From: a bacterium
Lineage (GTDB): Bacteria > Patescibacteriota > Minisyncoccia > Phycocordibacterales > UBA12079
Reading direction: 5' to 3'
NCBI GenBank assembly: GCA_030641525.1
Contig: DAOWHH010000003.1
Coordinates: 1 to 53,557, forward strand
Length of the DNA stretch: 53,557 bases
Part shown: positions 28,371 to 36,335 of the stretch, in pieces
Layout of the letters: the number at the start of each line of letters is the position of its first letter
Numbering within the stretch: position 1 is the stretch's first letter
The notes under the pieces: model-generated
Told to the model about the DNA's origin: nothing
What the model saw: only the letters and a program-made list of their open reading frames with translations
Databases searched by the model: none
Position numbers and translations under genes: made by a program

Positions 28371-28434
28371 GTTTTAAAAAAAATATTAGAGGGACAAGAT
28401 CTCCAGAAGTTTATTAATTAAATAATTTATTTCT

Positions 28435-29103
28435 ATGAAAAAACCCTCTTTTTTAAATAACCATATTTATCATATCTATAATCGTGGAGTAGAGAAAAGG
28501 AATATCTTTTTAGATGATCATGATTATTTTCAATTTATTCATAATCTCTATGAATTCAATGATGTAAATCCTGTTTCTAAATTAAAAAATAGTATCTTTC
28601 AATCTACGGAGGTTGAAAGAGAAAATAATAAAAATGAAAGAGAACCGTTAGTTGAAATATTAGCTTTTGTATTAATGCCGAATCATTATCATTTATTATT
28701 GAGGCAATTAGTGGATGATGGTATATCTAGGTTTTTGCAAAAAATAGGAACAGGGTTTACTATGAGTTTTAATCAGAAATATGATAGGGTAGGTTGTTTA
28801 TTCCAAGGAAGATTTAAAGCTGTTTTAGTTGAAGAAGAAAGTCATCTTTTATATCTTCCTATGTATATACATTTAAATCCTATTAAAATCTCCGGAGGTT
28901 CAACCTCCGGAGATTGGGAGTTTCTGAAAAATTATAGGTGGAGTAGTTTACATGATTATATTGGAAAAAAGAATTTTCCATCAGTAATTTCAAAAGAATT
29001 TTTATTGGATACATTGGGGAGTTCAAAAGAATATCAAGAAGAATTAAAAAGTTGGTTGAAAAAAGATAATAATTTTAAAGATATAATAGATGAAATCAAA
29101 TAA
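28435..29103 (+). CDS. REP-associated tyrosine transposase (RAYT; HUH Y1, IS200-like fold)
   Basis: YHIYNRG..K..IF, MPNHYHLL (HUH), G.LFQGRFKA, YIHLNP (catalytic Tyr), YRWSS; flanked by palindromes. Confidence 0.92.
   Translation: MKKPSFLNNHIYHIYNRGVEKRNIFLDDHDYFQFIHNLYEFNDVNPVSKLKNSIFQSTEVERENNKNEREPLVEILAFVLMPNHYHLLLRQLVDDGISRFLQKIGTGFTMSFNQKYDRVGCLFQGRFKAVLVEEESHLLYLPMYIHLNPIKISGGSTSGDWEFLKNYRWSSLHDYIGKKNFPSVISKEFLLDTLGSSKEYQEELKSWLKKDNNFKDIIDEIK
28890..28912. repeat. Family A element inside the RAYT coding sequence
   Basis: CTCCGGAGGTTCAACCTCCGGAG, read as SGGSTSG. Confidence 0.92.
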
Positions 29104-29121
29104 TTTTGATTTTTATAGATA

Positions 29122-29146
29122 TTCCGGAGGTTGAACCTCCGGAGGT
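29122..29146. repeat. Family A element downstream of the RAYT
   Basis: TTCCGGAGGTTGAACCTCCGGAGGT. Confidence 0.9.
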
Positions 29147-29195
29147 AAATTCAAAAAAGGTTGAATTTCACGGATTTTTTTATTATGTTTAATAT

Positions 29196-30278
29196 ATGAA
29201 TAGAAAAAAAGGAAAGAAAAAGGTGTTTGTAGGTATGTCGGGAGGAGTGGATTCTTCTTTAACTGCTGCTTTACTCAAAAAACAAGACTATGATGTAGTT
29301 GGTGTTTTTATAAAGGTTTGGCAACCGGATTTTGTGGAATGTTCATGGATGGAAGATCGTTTAGATGCGATGAGAGTTTGTGCTACTTTAGATATTCCTT
29401 TTTTGGATTTGGATTTGGAGGATATATACAAAAAGGAAGTTTTTGATTATATGATCAATGAATATGAAAAAGGTAGGACACCTAACCCAGATGTGATGTG
29501 TAATAAGAAAATTAAATTTGGTGGATTTTTAAAATTTGCTTTAGAAAAAGGAGCTGATTATATTGCTACTGGTCATTATGTTAGATTACAAAAGGGAAAG
29601 CTTTTAAAGGGTATAGATGGAAACAAAGATCAATCTTATTTTTTATGGACTTTGACTCAAAAACAATTAAAACATTGTGTATTTCCTATAGGTGAATATA
29701 CAAAACCACAAGTAAGAAAATTGGCGAAAAAATTTAATTTAAGTACTGCTCAAAAAAAAGAAAGTCAAGGTTTGTGTTTTGTTGGGAAGGTAGATATGAA
29801 AGAGTTTTTAGAAAGATTTATTCCAAGAAAAAAAGGTAATGTTTTGAATCAAAAAGGAGAAACCATAGGTGAACATGACGGTGTATATTATTATACTTTA
29901 GGACAAAGACACGGATTTGAAATTACAAAAAAGAGGATTGATGATAAAGCTTATTATATAATAAGGAAAGATTTTGAAAAAAATACACTGATTGTTTCAG
30001 ATAATCAATCTCCGGAGGTTGAACCTCCGGAGATTGGGGTTAAGGGTGGGGGAATAGAGTTGAGTAATGTTAATTGGATATCTGGGAAAAGTCCTGATAT
30101 AAATAAAAAATATTTAGCTAGAATAAGGTATAGGCAGTCACTATTATTGTGTAATTTAAAAGAAAAGGAAGGAAAATTAATAATTAATTTTGATAAAACT
30201 CAAAAAACAGCTTCAGAAGGTCAGTCTGTCGTTATTTATGATGGAGATATTTGTTTAGGGGGAGGGGTTATAAATTAG
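29196..30278 (+). CDS. mnmA: tRNA 2-thiouridylase MnmA
   Basis: MSGGVDSS, TPNPDVMCN, ATGHY, KDQSYFL, ESQGLCF, YTLGQR, GQSVVIY. Confidence 0.97.
   Translation: MNRKKGKKKVFVGMSGGVDSSLTAALLKKQDYDVVGVFIKVWQPDFVECSWMEDRLDAMRVCATLDIPFLDLDLEDIYKKEVFDYMINEYEKGRTPNPDVMCNKKIKFGGFLKFALEKGADYIATGHYVRLQKGKLLKGIDGNKDQSYFLWTLTQKQLKHCVFPIGEYTKPQVRKLAKKFNLSTAQKKESQGLCFVGKVDMKEFLERFIPRKKGNVLNQKGETIGEHDGVYYYTLGQRHGFEITKKRIDDKAYYIIRKDFEKNTLIVSDNQSPEVEPPEIGVKGGGIELSNVNWISGKSPDINKKYLARIRYRQSLLLCNLKEKEGKLIINFDKTQKTASEGQSVVIYDGDICLGGGVIN
30006..30036. repeat. Family A element inside mnmA
   Basis: CAATCTCCGGAGGTTGAACCTCCGGAGATTG, read as QSPEVEPPEI. Confidence 0.92.
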
Positions 30279-30511
30279 TCAAAAGTTCGTAAAGTTCATA
30301 AGGTTGAAAGTCTAAACTAATAATTCTCAATTTCCAATTCACAATTTTCAACCAATGGATTGATTTTGGGTTTAAAAATTCACTGAAAATTGAAAATTAG
30401 AATTCTTCATTAAGAAAATAAATTATGTTTTGTGATAAGTGTTATTATTATTAAAATCTGGAGAGGTTAAACCCCCTGAAGATTTCTTTTGTAGATTTTA
30501 GAATAAAAAAA

Positions 30512-30591
30512 CTGACTTAAATATTATTATTTAAGTCAGGTTTTAAGATTTTAAAATAAAATATCTGACCTAAATATTAATATTTAAGTCA
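30512..30591. terminator. Two related tandem hairpins TGAC(T/C)TAAATA...TATTTAAGTCA downstream of the minus-strand orphan gene
   Basis: Hairpins at 30512-30539 and 30566-30591. Confidence 0.55.
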
Positions 30592-30595
30592 ATTA

Positions 30596-31216
30596 TTAAA
30601 ATTTCACGGTAACAGCAACTCCTCTATAATCAAAACCAATAATAGGATAGATCTCCCATGTTGACATAGGGTATTTTATTTGAATACAATTTAAGATAGT
30701 AGCCGATATGATAATCCCTCCTATTAATTTTGTATTACCACCAGATTTCTCTATACCATAAAAATCGGTATATTCACCGTTAGAATGAATCTCATTATGT
30801 TTCCCGTTTATAGCTACATTAAAAATAGGATAAAAAATTGCCCACATCATAGCTCCAGTGGAAAAAGAACTATTTTTCCATTTATCATCAGACAGTAAAT
30901 AAGTTGCCCAAGAAATGTCAGAAATATACCCTGCCAAACAAATCCTTCTTTTTTTATAATCAGGAATATCCTCAGGTAGAACATATATAAAGTGCATTGG
31001 CATCCCTTTTTTTCCAAATAAAGGGTTATTTCTCCATTCTATATCCACCCCATAAGCTCTGGCTGTTAAATGATGAGCAAATTCATGTGATATACCTACT
31101 GCAATTGCACCAAGCAAACCTGAACTACCATTTTCAACTCCTTCCCAAAATTCAACAGCATGAGCTGAAGAATTAATAAATGAAAAAGCAAGAATTAATA
31201 ATATTATCTTTTTCAT
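30596..31216 (-). CDS. Hypothetical exported/membrane protein with an HExxH motif (start corrected to ATG 31216)
   Basis: SD-like GGGGG before MKKIILL signal peptide; HEFAH; the track's TTG at 31291 is part of a TTGACA -35 element. Confidence 0.7.
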   Translation of the reverse strand: MKKIILLILAFSFINSSAHAVEFWEGVENGSSGLLGAIAVGISHEFAHHLTARAYGVDIEWRNNPLFGKKGMPMHFIYVLPEDIPDYKKRRICLAGYISDISWATYLLSDDKWKNSSFSTGAMMWAIFYPIFNVAINGKHNEIHSNGEYTDFYGIEKSGGNTKLIGGIIISATILNCIQIKYPMSTWEIYPIIGFDYRGVAVTVKF

Positions 31217-31338
31217 ATATCCCCCTAAAGAATATCTGATTTTCAATAAAAACTTTGATAATAATATAGCTATTAAATATATAATTGTCAAGGAATATGA
31301 TAGTCGTTTTATAATTATACTTTTGATATAATAAAAGT

Positions 31339-32187
31339 GTGAACGAAAAGAAACAAATATATATTGTAAAAGCTAATGGTGATAAAGAACTTTTTGATGA
31401 GAAAAAACTGGAAGCTTCAATGAAAAGGGCAGGTGCTGATTTTAAAATAATTACCGAAATAATTAGGGTAATTAAAAGTGAATTAAAAGACGGTATGACA
31501 ACTGCTGAGATTTATCGTCAAGCTTTTAGATTACTTAATGTTGGTGCCGCTACTCCTGCAATTAAATATTCTTTGAGAAAGGCTGTTATGGAGTTGGGTC
31601 CTCAGGGTTTTGCTTTTGAAGATTTTGTTGGAGCTATTTTTAAAGCTTTGGGTTTTAAAGTTCGTTTAAGACAAACAATTGGTGGTTTATGTGTTCAACA
31701 TGAAGTTGATATTTTAGCTGAAAATGAGGAAAAATTTTTAATTGGTGAAATAAAGTTTCACAATCGTCAAGGAATTAAATCAGATTTAAAGGTAGTTTTG
31801 TATGTAAAAGAGAGGTTTGATGATATAAGTAAGGGTGAATTCTACGGAAATATAAACAAGAGTTTAAAGATAGAAAAATGGCTTATTACTAATACGAAAT
31901 TTACTACCAATGGTATTCAATATGCTGAGTGTCATCCAGACTTGCATTTAATGAGTTGGAATTATCCGAAAAGAGGTAATTTACAAGAACTAATTACTGA
32001 ATCAGGGTTATATCCTTTAACTACATTAAAAACATTAAGCTCAAAGGATAAACAAATATTTTTAAAAAATAATATTGTATTATGTAGAGATATATTAAAA
32101 GGAGGTGAAAGATTGTTTAATTTATTAGGTATATCTCTTGATAAATTAGAAGGTACAATAAAAGAGATTAATAAATTATTAAATTAA
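31339..32187 (+). CDS. ATP-cone domain plus Mrr-like PD-(D/E)xK restriction endonuclease domain protein
   Basis: IVKANGDKELFDEKKL (ATP cone), GFAFEDFV, HEVDILA..GEIKFH, LITNTKFT. Confidence 0.85.
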   Translation: MNEKKQIYIVKANGDKELFDEKKLEASMKRAGADFKIITEIIRVIKSELKDGMTTAEIYRQAFRLLNVGAATPAIKYSLRKAVMELGPQGFAFEDFVGAIFKALGFKVRLRQTIGGLCVQHEVDILAENEEKFLIGEIKFHNRQGIKSDLKVVLYVKERFDDISKGEFYGNINKSLKIEKWLITNTKFTTNGIQYAECHPDLHLMSWNYPKRGNLQELITESGLYPLTTLKTLSSKDKQIFLKNNIVLCRDILKGGERLFNLLGISLDKLEGTIKEINKLLN

Positions 32188-32205
32188 AAATAGAAAGTAA
32201 AATTT

Positions 32206-32754
32206 ATGTATGATTTTATAAAATTTAAAGAAGATATTAATAATATAAAAAATTGGTTAATTAAAGAATTTTCTAATATTAGAACAGGAATTATATCTAT
32301 TTCTATATTGGATAATGTAAAATCAGAAAATTACGGTGTATTAACTCCGATAAACCAATTAGCTAATATTGCAATAGAAGATGTTAAAACTTTAAGAATT
32401 AGTCCTTGGGATCAATCGCAGATTAAAGAAATAGAAAAGGCAATTATAAATGCAAATTTAGGAGTTTCAATAGCGGTAGATGATAAGGGAATTAGATTAT
32501 CTTTTTCGGATTTGACAGGAGAAAGAAGGGTAGAACTTGTAAAAAATGCTAAAGATAAATTAGAACAGGCTAAAATTTCTTTAAGAGTAGAGAGAGATAA
32601 GGTTTGGAATGATATCCAAGATAAAGAAAAAAAGGATGAAATCACTCAAGATGATAAATTTAGATTGAAAGATGAAATGCAAAAAATTATTGATGATGAA
32701 ACGAAGGTTTTGGTTGAATTATTTGAGAAAAAGGAGAAAGAGATAAAGGATTAA
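32206..32754 (+). CDS. frr: Ribosome recycling factor
   Basis: IRTG..S..LD, PWD, IEKAI, LT.ERR.ELVK, KKEKEI. Confidence 0.95.
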   Translation: MYDFIKFKEDINNIKNWLIKEFSNIRTGIISISILDNVKSENYGVLTPINQLANIAIEDVKTLRISPWDQSQIKEIEKAIINANLGVSIAVDDKGIRLSFSDLTGERRVELVKNAKDKLEQAKISLRVERDKVWNDIQDKEKKDEITQDDKFRLKDEMQKIIDDETKVLVELFEKKEKEIKD

Positions 32755-32900
32755 AATGCAAAAACCAAATATCAAAAATCAAAATGATAATGAAAAAAGC
32801 AAAAACTTTAAAGTAATAAACAAATTAAGTGAAACAAGGTTTATGGCTTTAAGTTAATTATTTTGTTAGAATTAAGAATCATTTATTTTGATTTTTTATT

Positions 32901-33998
32901 ATGTCTATTTTAATCTTTATTATAGTTCTTGCGTTTCTTATCCTAGTTCACGAATTAGGGCATTTTATTTTTGCTAAAAAATCAGGGATGTTGGTTGAGG
33001 AATTTTCTATTGGTTTTCCGCCTCATATTTTCAGTTTTAAAAAAGGAGAAACTAAATATTCTATTGGAGCCATTCCTTTTGGTGGTTATGTTAAAATATT
33101 TGGTGAAGATTATCTTGAATCAAACAGTTCAGAAGAAAAGAATTCTCACAGACGTTTTACTAATCAATCTAAAAAAGCACAAGCATTGGTGTTAGCAGCT
33201 GGAGTATTTTTTAATTTTTTGTTGGCGTGGGTTCTTTTTTCTATGGCTTTTGTTTCTGGAATGCCTGTTTCTGCTAGTCAATTTGAAAATGAATCAATAC
33301 AGGATCCTGCTTTAGTTTTAATTAATGTTTTAAAAGATTCTCCTGCTTATAATGCAGGTTTGAAAGTAGGTGATAATATTTTATATTTAAATGATGGAAT
33401 TGAATCTCTTCAAGATTTTACAAACATTGAAGATGTTACGGGTTTTATTGCCACTCGAGGAGAAAAAGAAATTGAAGTTTTGTATAAAAGAGGGGGGGAG
33501 ACTAATTTAACCAATCTTATTCCTCAGGATGATTTAATTGAAGGTAAATCAGCCATAGGTGTATCTTTGGACATAATGGGAATTGTTGATTTCCCTATTC
33601 ATCTTGCAATAATAGAAGGAGCTAAAACAACAGCCTCTTTATCGGTAGCAACAATAATTGGTTTAAGTAGTTTTGTGGGAGGAATTTTTACAGGTAATAG
33701 TGATTTATCTCAAATATCTGGTCCTATTGGAATAATTTCTATGGTAGGAACTGCTTTTGATTTTGGTTTTCTGTATTTGATAAGTTTCATTGCCCTTATT
33801 TCTATAAATTTAGCTGTGATAAATTTGATTCCTATTCCTGCTCTTGATGGTGGGCGTCTTTTATTTGTTTTGATTGAGGCTATAAAAGGTACTCCTATCA
33901 AATCAAAATTAGCAAATGTTTTTAATTTAGCTGGGTTTTTATTTCTAATACTTTTGATGTTGATTATCACCATTAGTGATATTTCTAAATTTTTCTAA
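32901..33998 (+). CDS. rseP: RIP metalloprotease RseP (M50, PDZ)
   Basis: HELGHF, FSIGFPP, PFGGYV, SGPIGI, NLIPIPALDGG. Confidence 0.95.
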   Translation: MSILIFIIVLAFLILVHELGHFIFAKKSGMLVEEFSIGFPPHIFSFKKGETKYSIGAIPFGGYVKIFGEDYLESNSSEEKNSHRRFTNQSKKAQALVLAAGVFFNFLLAWVLFSMAFVSGMPVSASQFENESIQDPALVLINVLKDSPAYNAGLKVGDNILYLNDGIESLQDFTNIEDVTGFIATRGEKEIEVLYKRGGETNLTNLIPQDDLIEGKSAIGVSLDIMGIVDFPIHLAIIEGAKTTASLSVATIIGLSSFVGGIFTGNSDLSQISGPIGIISMVGTAFDFGFLYLISFIALISINLAVINLIPIPALDGGRLLFVLIEAIKGTPIKSKLANVFNLAGFLFLILLMLIITISDISKFF

Positions 33999-34030
33999 AA
34001 AATAAAAAAGTACATTTTATTTTTTTATTT

Positions 34031-34157
34031 ACTGCACAAAAACTACGACCGTGGTTTTTGTGCAGTTTTTGTTAATCAGGTTTTTAGAATCGGAGGTTCT
34101 GAAATCGGAGGTCCAACCTCCGATTCCACAATCTCCGGAGGTTGGACCTCCGGAGAT
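34031..34157. repeat. Palindrome cluster: one family D copy plus family A variants
   Basis: 34031-34066 ACTGCACAAAAACTACGACCGTGGTTTTTGTGCAGT; 34103-34125 AATCGGAGGTCCAACCTCCGATT; 34131-34157 ATCTCCGGAGGTTGGACCTCCGGAGAT. Confidence 0.88.
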
Positions 34158-34359
34158 GATTATGAAGACGGGAGGTGCGATCTCCACAGATTATAAATCA
34201 AAAATAAATTTGGAGAGACATAATCTTTCTGAATTTTATAAATATAAAGCTGTAATAAGATTATTGGTATGAGGGTTGATAAATAGATATAATATCTATA
34301 TTATATAAAGCAGTATTGTTTTTCTTTAGTAAAATTTAATCTTTGAAGGAGTTGGTGAT

Positions 34360-34947
34360 ATGAACGAGAATAACGACATTTTGTCAGAGTTATTTGAAAA
34401 ATATATGGGATATCTTGATCTTTGTAGCTTTCCACAGGAAATTTTGGATGTTTTTCGAGGAAAGAAAATGGAGTTGTTAAGTAAGGTTTCCGAAGTGAAA
34501 ATTCCTAGAAAATTTCTTGAATTTGTTCCAATTATACCGTTTAAGATAATTAATCTGAGAGATCAGATAAAAAAGGTGAGAGGATCTAGCGGTTCGCTTA
34601 TTGAAGAGAACCTGTTTGATATTGCTGAAAATTTACCAGACGAGCCATATTTTATTTATGGTGTTGAAATTGGGATGTATACTAAAGGTACCCCTCCCCA
34701 GATAGCCGAGTTGCTTATTGAAAGAGTAAAAAGATCCCCACTTACTCTTGCTGAGGGAATGGGTGTTATTTTTTATTATCCTGAAATTCTTAGAAACTGC
34801 TACCTTGATTGTATTGGGACGCGATACGAGAAACGTAACAAAATACCTCATATCTTATTGCGTGAAGGAAAAATAAGATTAGGTTTAGGAGGAGAAAAAC
34901 TTTTCAGTAGCCAATGGGGCTCACCTTCTTGTTTTGGGCGAGTTTAA
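34360..34947 (+). CDS. Hypothetical protein (possibly DUF5701-like)
   Basis: SD AAGGAG; PYFIYGVE.G, SPLTLAEG...PEIL, C.GTR, WGSPSC; has its own promoter and terminator. Confidence 0.65.
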   Translation: MNENNDILSELFEKYMGYLDLCSFPQEILDVFRGKKMELLSKVSEVKIPRKFLEFVPIIPFKIINLRDQIKKVRGSSGSLIEENLFDIAENLPDEPYFIYGVEIGMYTKGTPPQIAELLIERVKRSPLTLAEGMGVIFYYPEILRNCYLDCIGTRYEKRNKIPHILLREGKIRLGLGGEKLFSSQWGSPSCFGRV

Positions 34948-34969
34948 TGTTAGTAGTAAATTTAGAGAG

Positions 34970-34997
34970 AAAGGCAGAAATAATCTGCCTTTTTTTT
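34970..34997 (+). terminator. Intrinsic terminator
   Basis: AAAGGCAGA-aataa-TCTGCCTTT followed by a T-run. Confidence 0.75.
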
Positions 34998-35027
34998 ATT
35001 TTAAACCTACCTGTCTGGTAAACAGAT

Positions 35028-35052
35028 CTCCGGAGGTTGAACCTCCGGAGGT
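35028..35052. repeat. Family A element upstream of proS
   Basis: CTCCGGAGGTTGAACCTCCGGAGGT. Confidence 0.92.
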
Positions 35053-35100
35053 TTATTTTATTTTGATAAAATTATCATAATGAGGTAATATTATATTTAT

Positions 35101-36330
35101 ATGAAACAAAGTAAATTATTTACAAAAACTAGAAGGGAGACCCCTAAAGATGAAATTGCAAAAAATGCTCAATTATTAATTAGGGCTGGTTTTATTAATA
35201 AAGAAATGGCAGGGGTTTATTCTTATTTACCTTTGGGTTTAAAAGTTTTAAAAAAAATTGAAAATATTATAAGAGAAGAAATAAATGCTATTGGTGGTCA
35301 AGAACTTCTAATGTCTTCCCTACATCCAAAAGAAAATTGGGAAAAAACAGGAAGATGGGATTCTTTGGATGTTTTATATAAAGTGACGGATTCGTTGGAA
35401 AGAGAAAATGCTTTGGGTCCTACTCATGAAGAAATAGTTGTTCCGTTAGCAAAACCTTTCATATCTTCTTACCGAGATTTACCATTTTCTGTTTATCATT
35501 TTCAAAATAAGTTTAGAAAGGAAGTCAGAGCTAAATCAGGAATTCTGAGAGGAAGGGAATTTATAATGAAAGATTTGTATTCATTTCATAGTACAAAAGA
35601 AGATTTTGAAGAATATTATCAAAAAGCTAAAGAAGCATATATAAATATTTTTGACAGAGTTGGAATTGGTGAGTTAACGCATATTGCTTTTGCTTCGGGA
35701 GGAAGTTTTTCAAAATATTCCCATGAATTTCAAACTATATCTTCTACAGGAGAAGATGTGATTTATATTTGTAAAAAATGTTCCGTGGCTATAAATAAAG
35801 AAATTATTGATAAGCAAAAGGAATGTCCAGAATGTGAAGGAGATGATTTTGAAGAAAAAAAATCAATTGAAGTTGGAAATATTTTTGACCTAAAAACAAA
35901 GTTTTCTGATCCTTTTGGATTGGAATATAAAGATATAGATGGAAATAGGAAACCTGTTTTGATGGGTTGTTATGGAATAGGTTTAGGACGAGTATTGGGA
36001 ACAATCGTTGAAACTCTCTCAGATGACAAAGGAATTATTTGGCCAAAATCAGTTGCTCCTTTCAGAGTTCATTTATTGAGTTTGGACCAAAATCAAAAAT
36101 CAAAAGAGATTTATGACGATTTAATTAAGAAAGGAATTGAAGTTTTATTTGATGATAGAGAAGGTGTTTCGGCTGGAGAAAAGTTCAAAGATTCTGATTT
36201 AATTGGTATTCCTTATAGAATAATAATTAGCGAAAAAAGTTTAAAGAGCGGAGGAGTTGAATTAAAGAAAAGAAATGAAGATAAATCTGATATTATTAAG
36301 ATTGAAGAAATAATTTCAAAAATTGATTAA
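35101..36330 (+). CDS. proS: Prolyl-tRNA synthetase (short form, no editing insertion)
   Basis: LLIRAGFI, LGPTHEE, KFRKE.R...G.LRGREF.MKD, MGCYGIG. Confidence 0.96.
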   Translation: MKQSKLFTKTRRETPKDEIAKNAQLLIRAGFINKEMAGVYSYLPLGLKVLKKIENIIREEINAIGGQELLMSSLHPKENWEKTGRWDSLDVLYKVTDSLERENALGPTHEEIVVPLAKPFISSYRDLPFSVYHFQNKFRKEVRAKSGILRGREFIMKDLYSFHSTKEDFEEYYQKAKEAYINIFDRVGIGELTHIAFASGGSFSKYSHEFQTISSTGEDVIYICKKCSVAINKEIIDKQKECPECEGDDFEEKKSIEVGNIFDLKTKFSDPFGLEYKDIDGNRKPVLMGCYGIGLGRVLGTIVETLSDDKGIIWPKSVAPFRVHLLSLDQNQKSKEIYDDLIKKGIEVLFDDREGVSAGEKFKDSDLIGIPYRIIISEKSLKSGGVELKKRNEDKSDIIKIEEIISKID

Positions 36331-36335
36331 TCTGT

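Noticed and set aside
31217-31291. N-terminal extensions from TTG starts in the ORF track (31291 and 42282)
   Set aside because: Both TTGs coincide with -35 hexamers, and downstream ATGs give the expected N-termini.
34051-34272. 73-aa ORF containing EVQPP and EVGPP
   Set aside because: It is composed of palindromic repeats that happen to be stop-free and has no plausible start signals, so it is probably not a gene.
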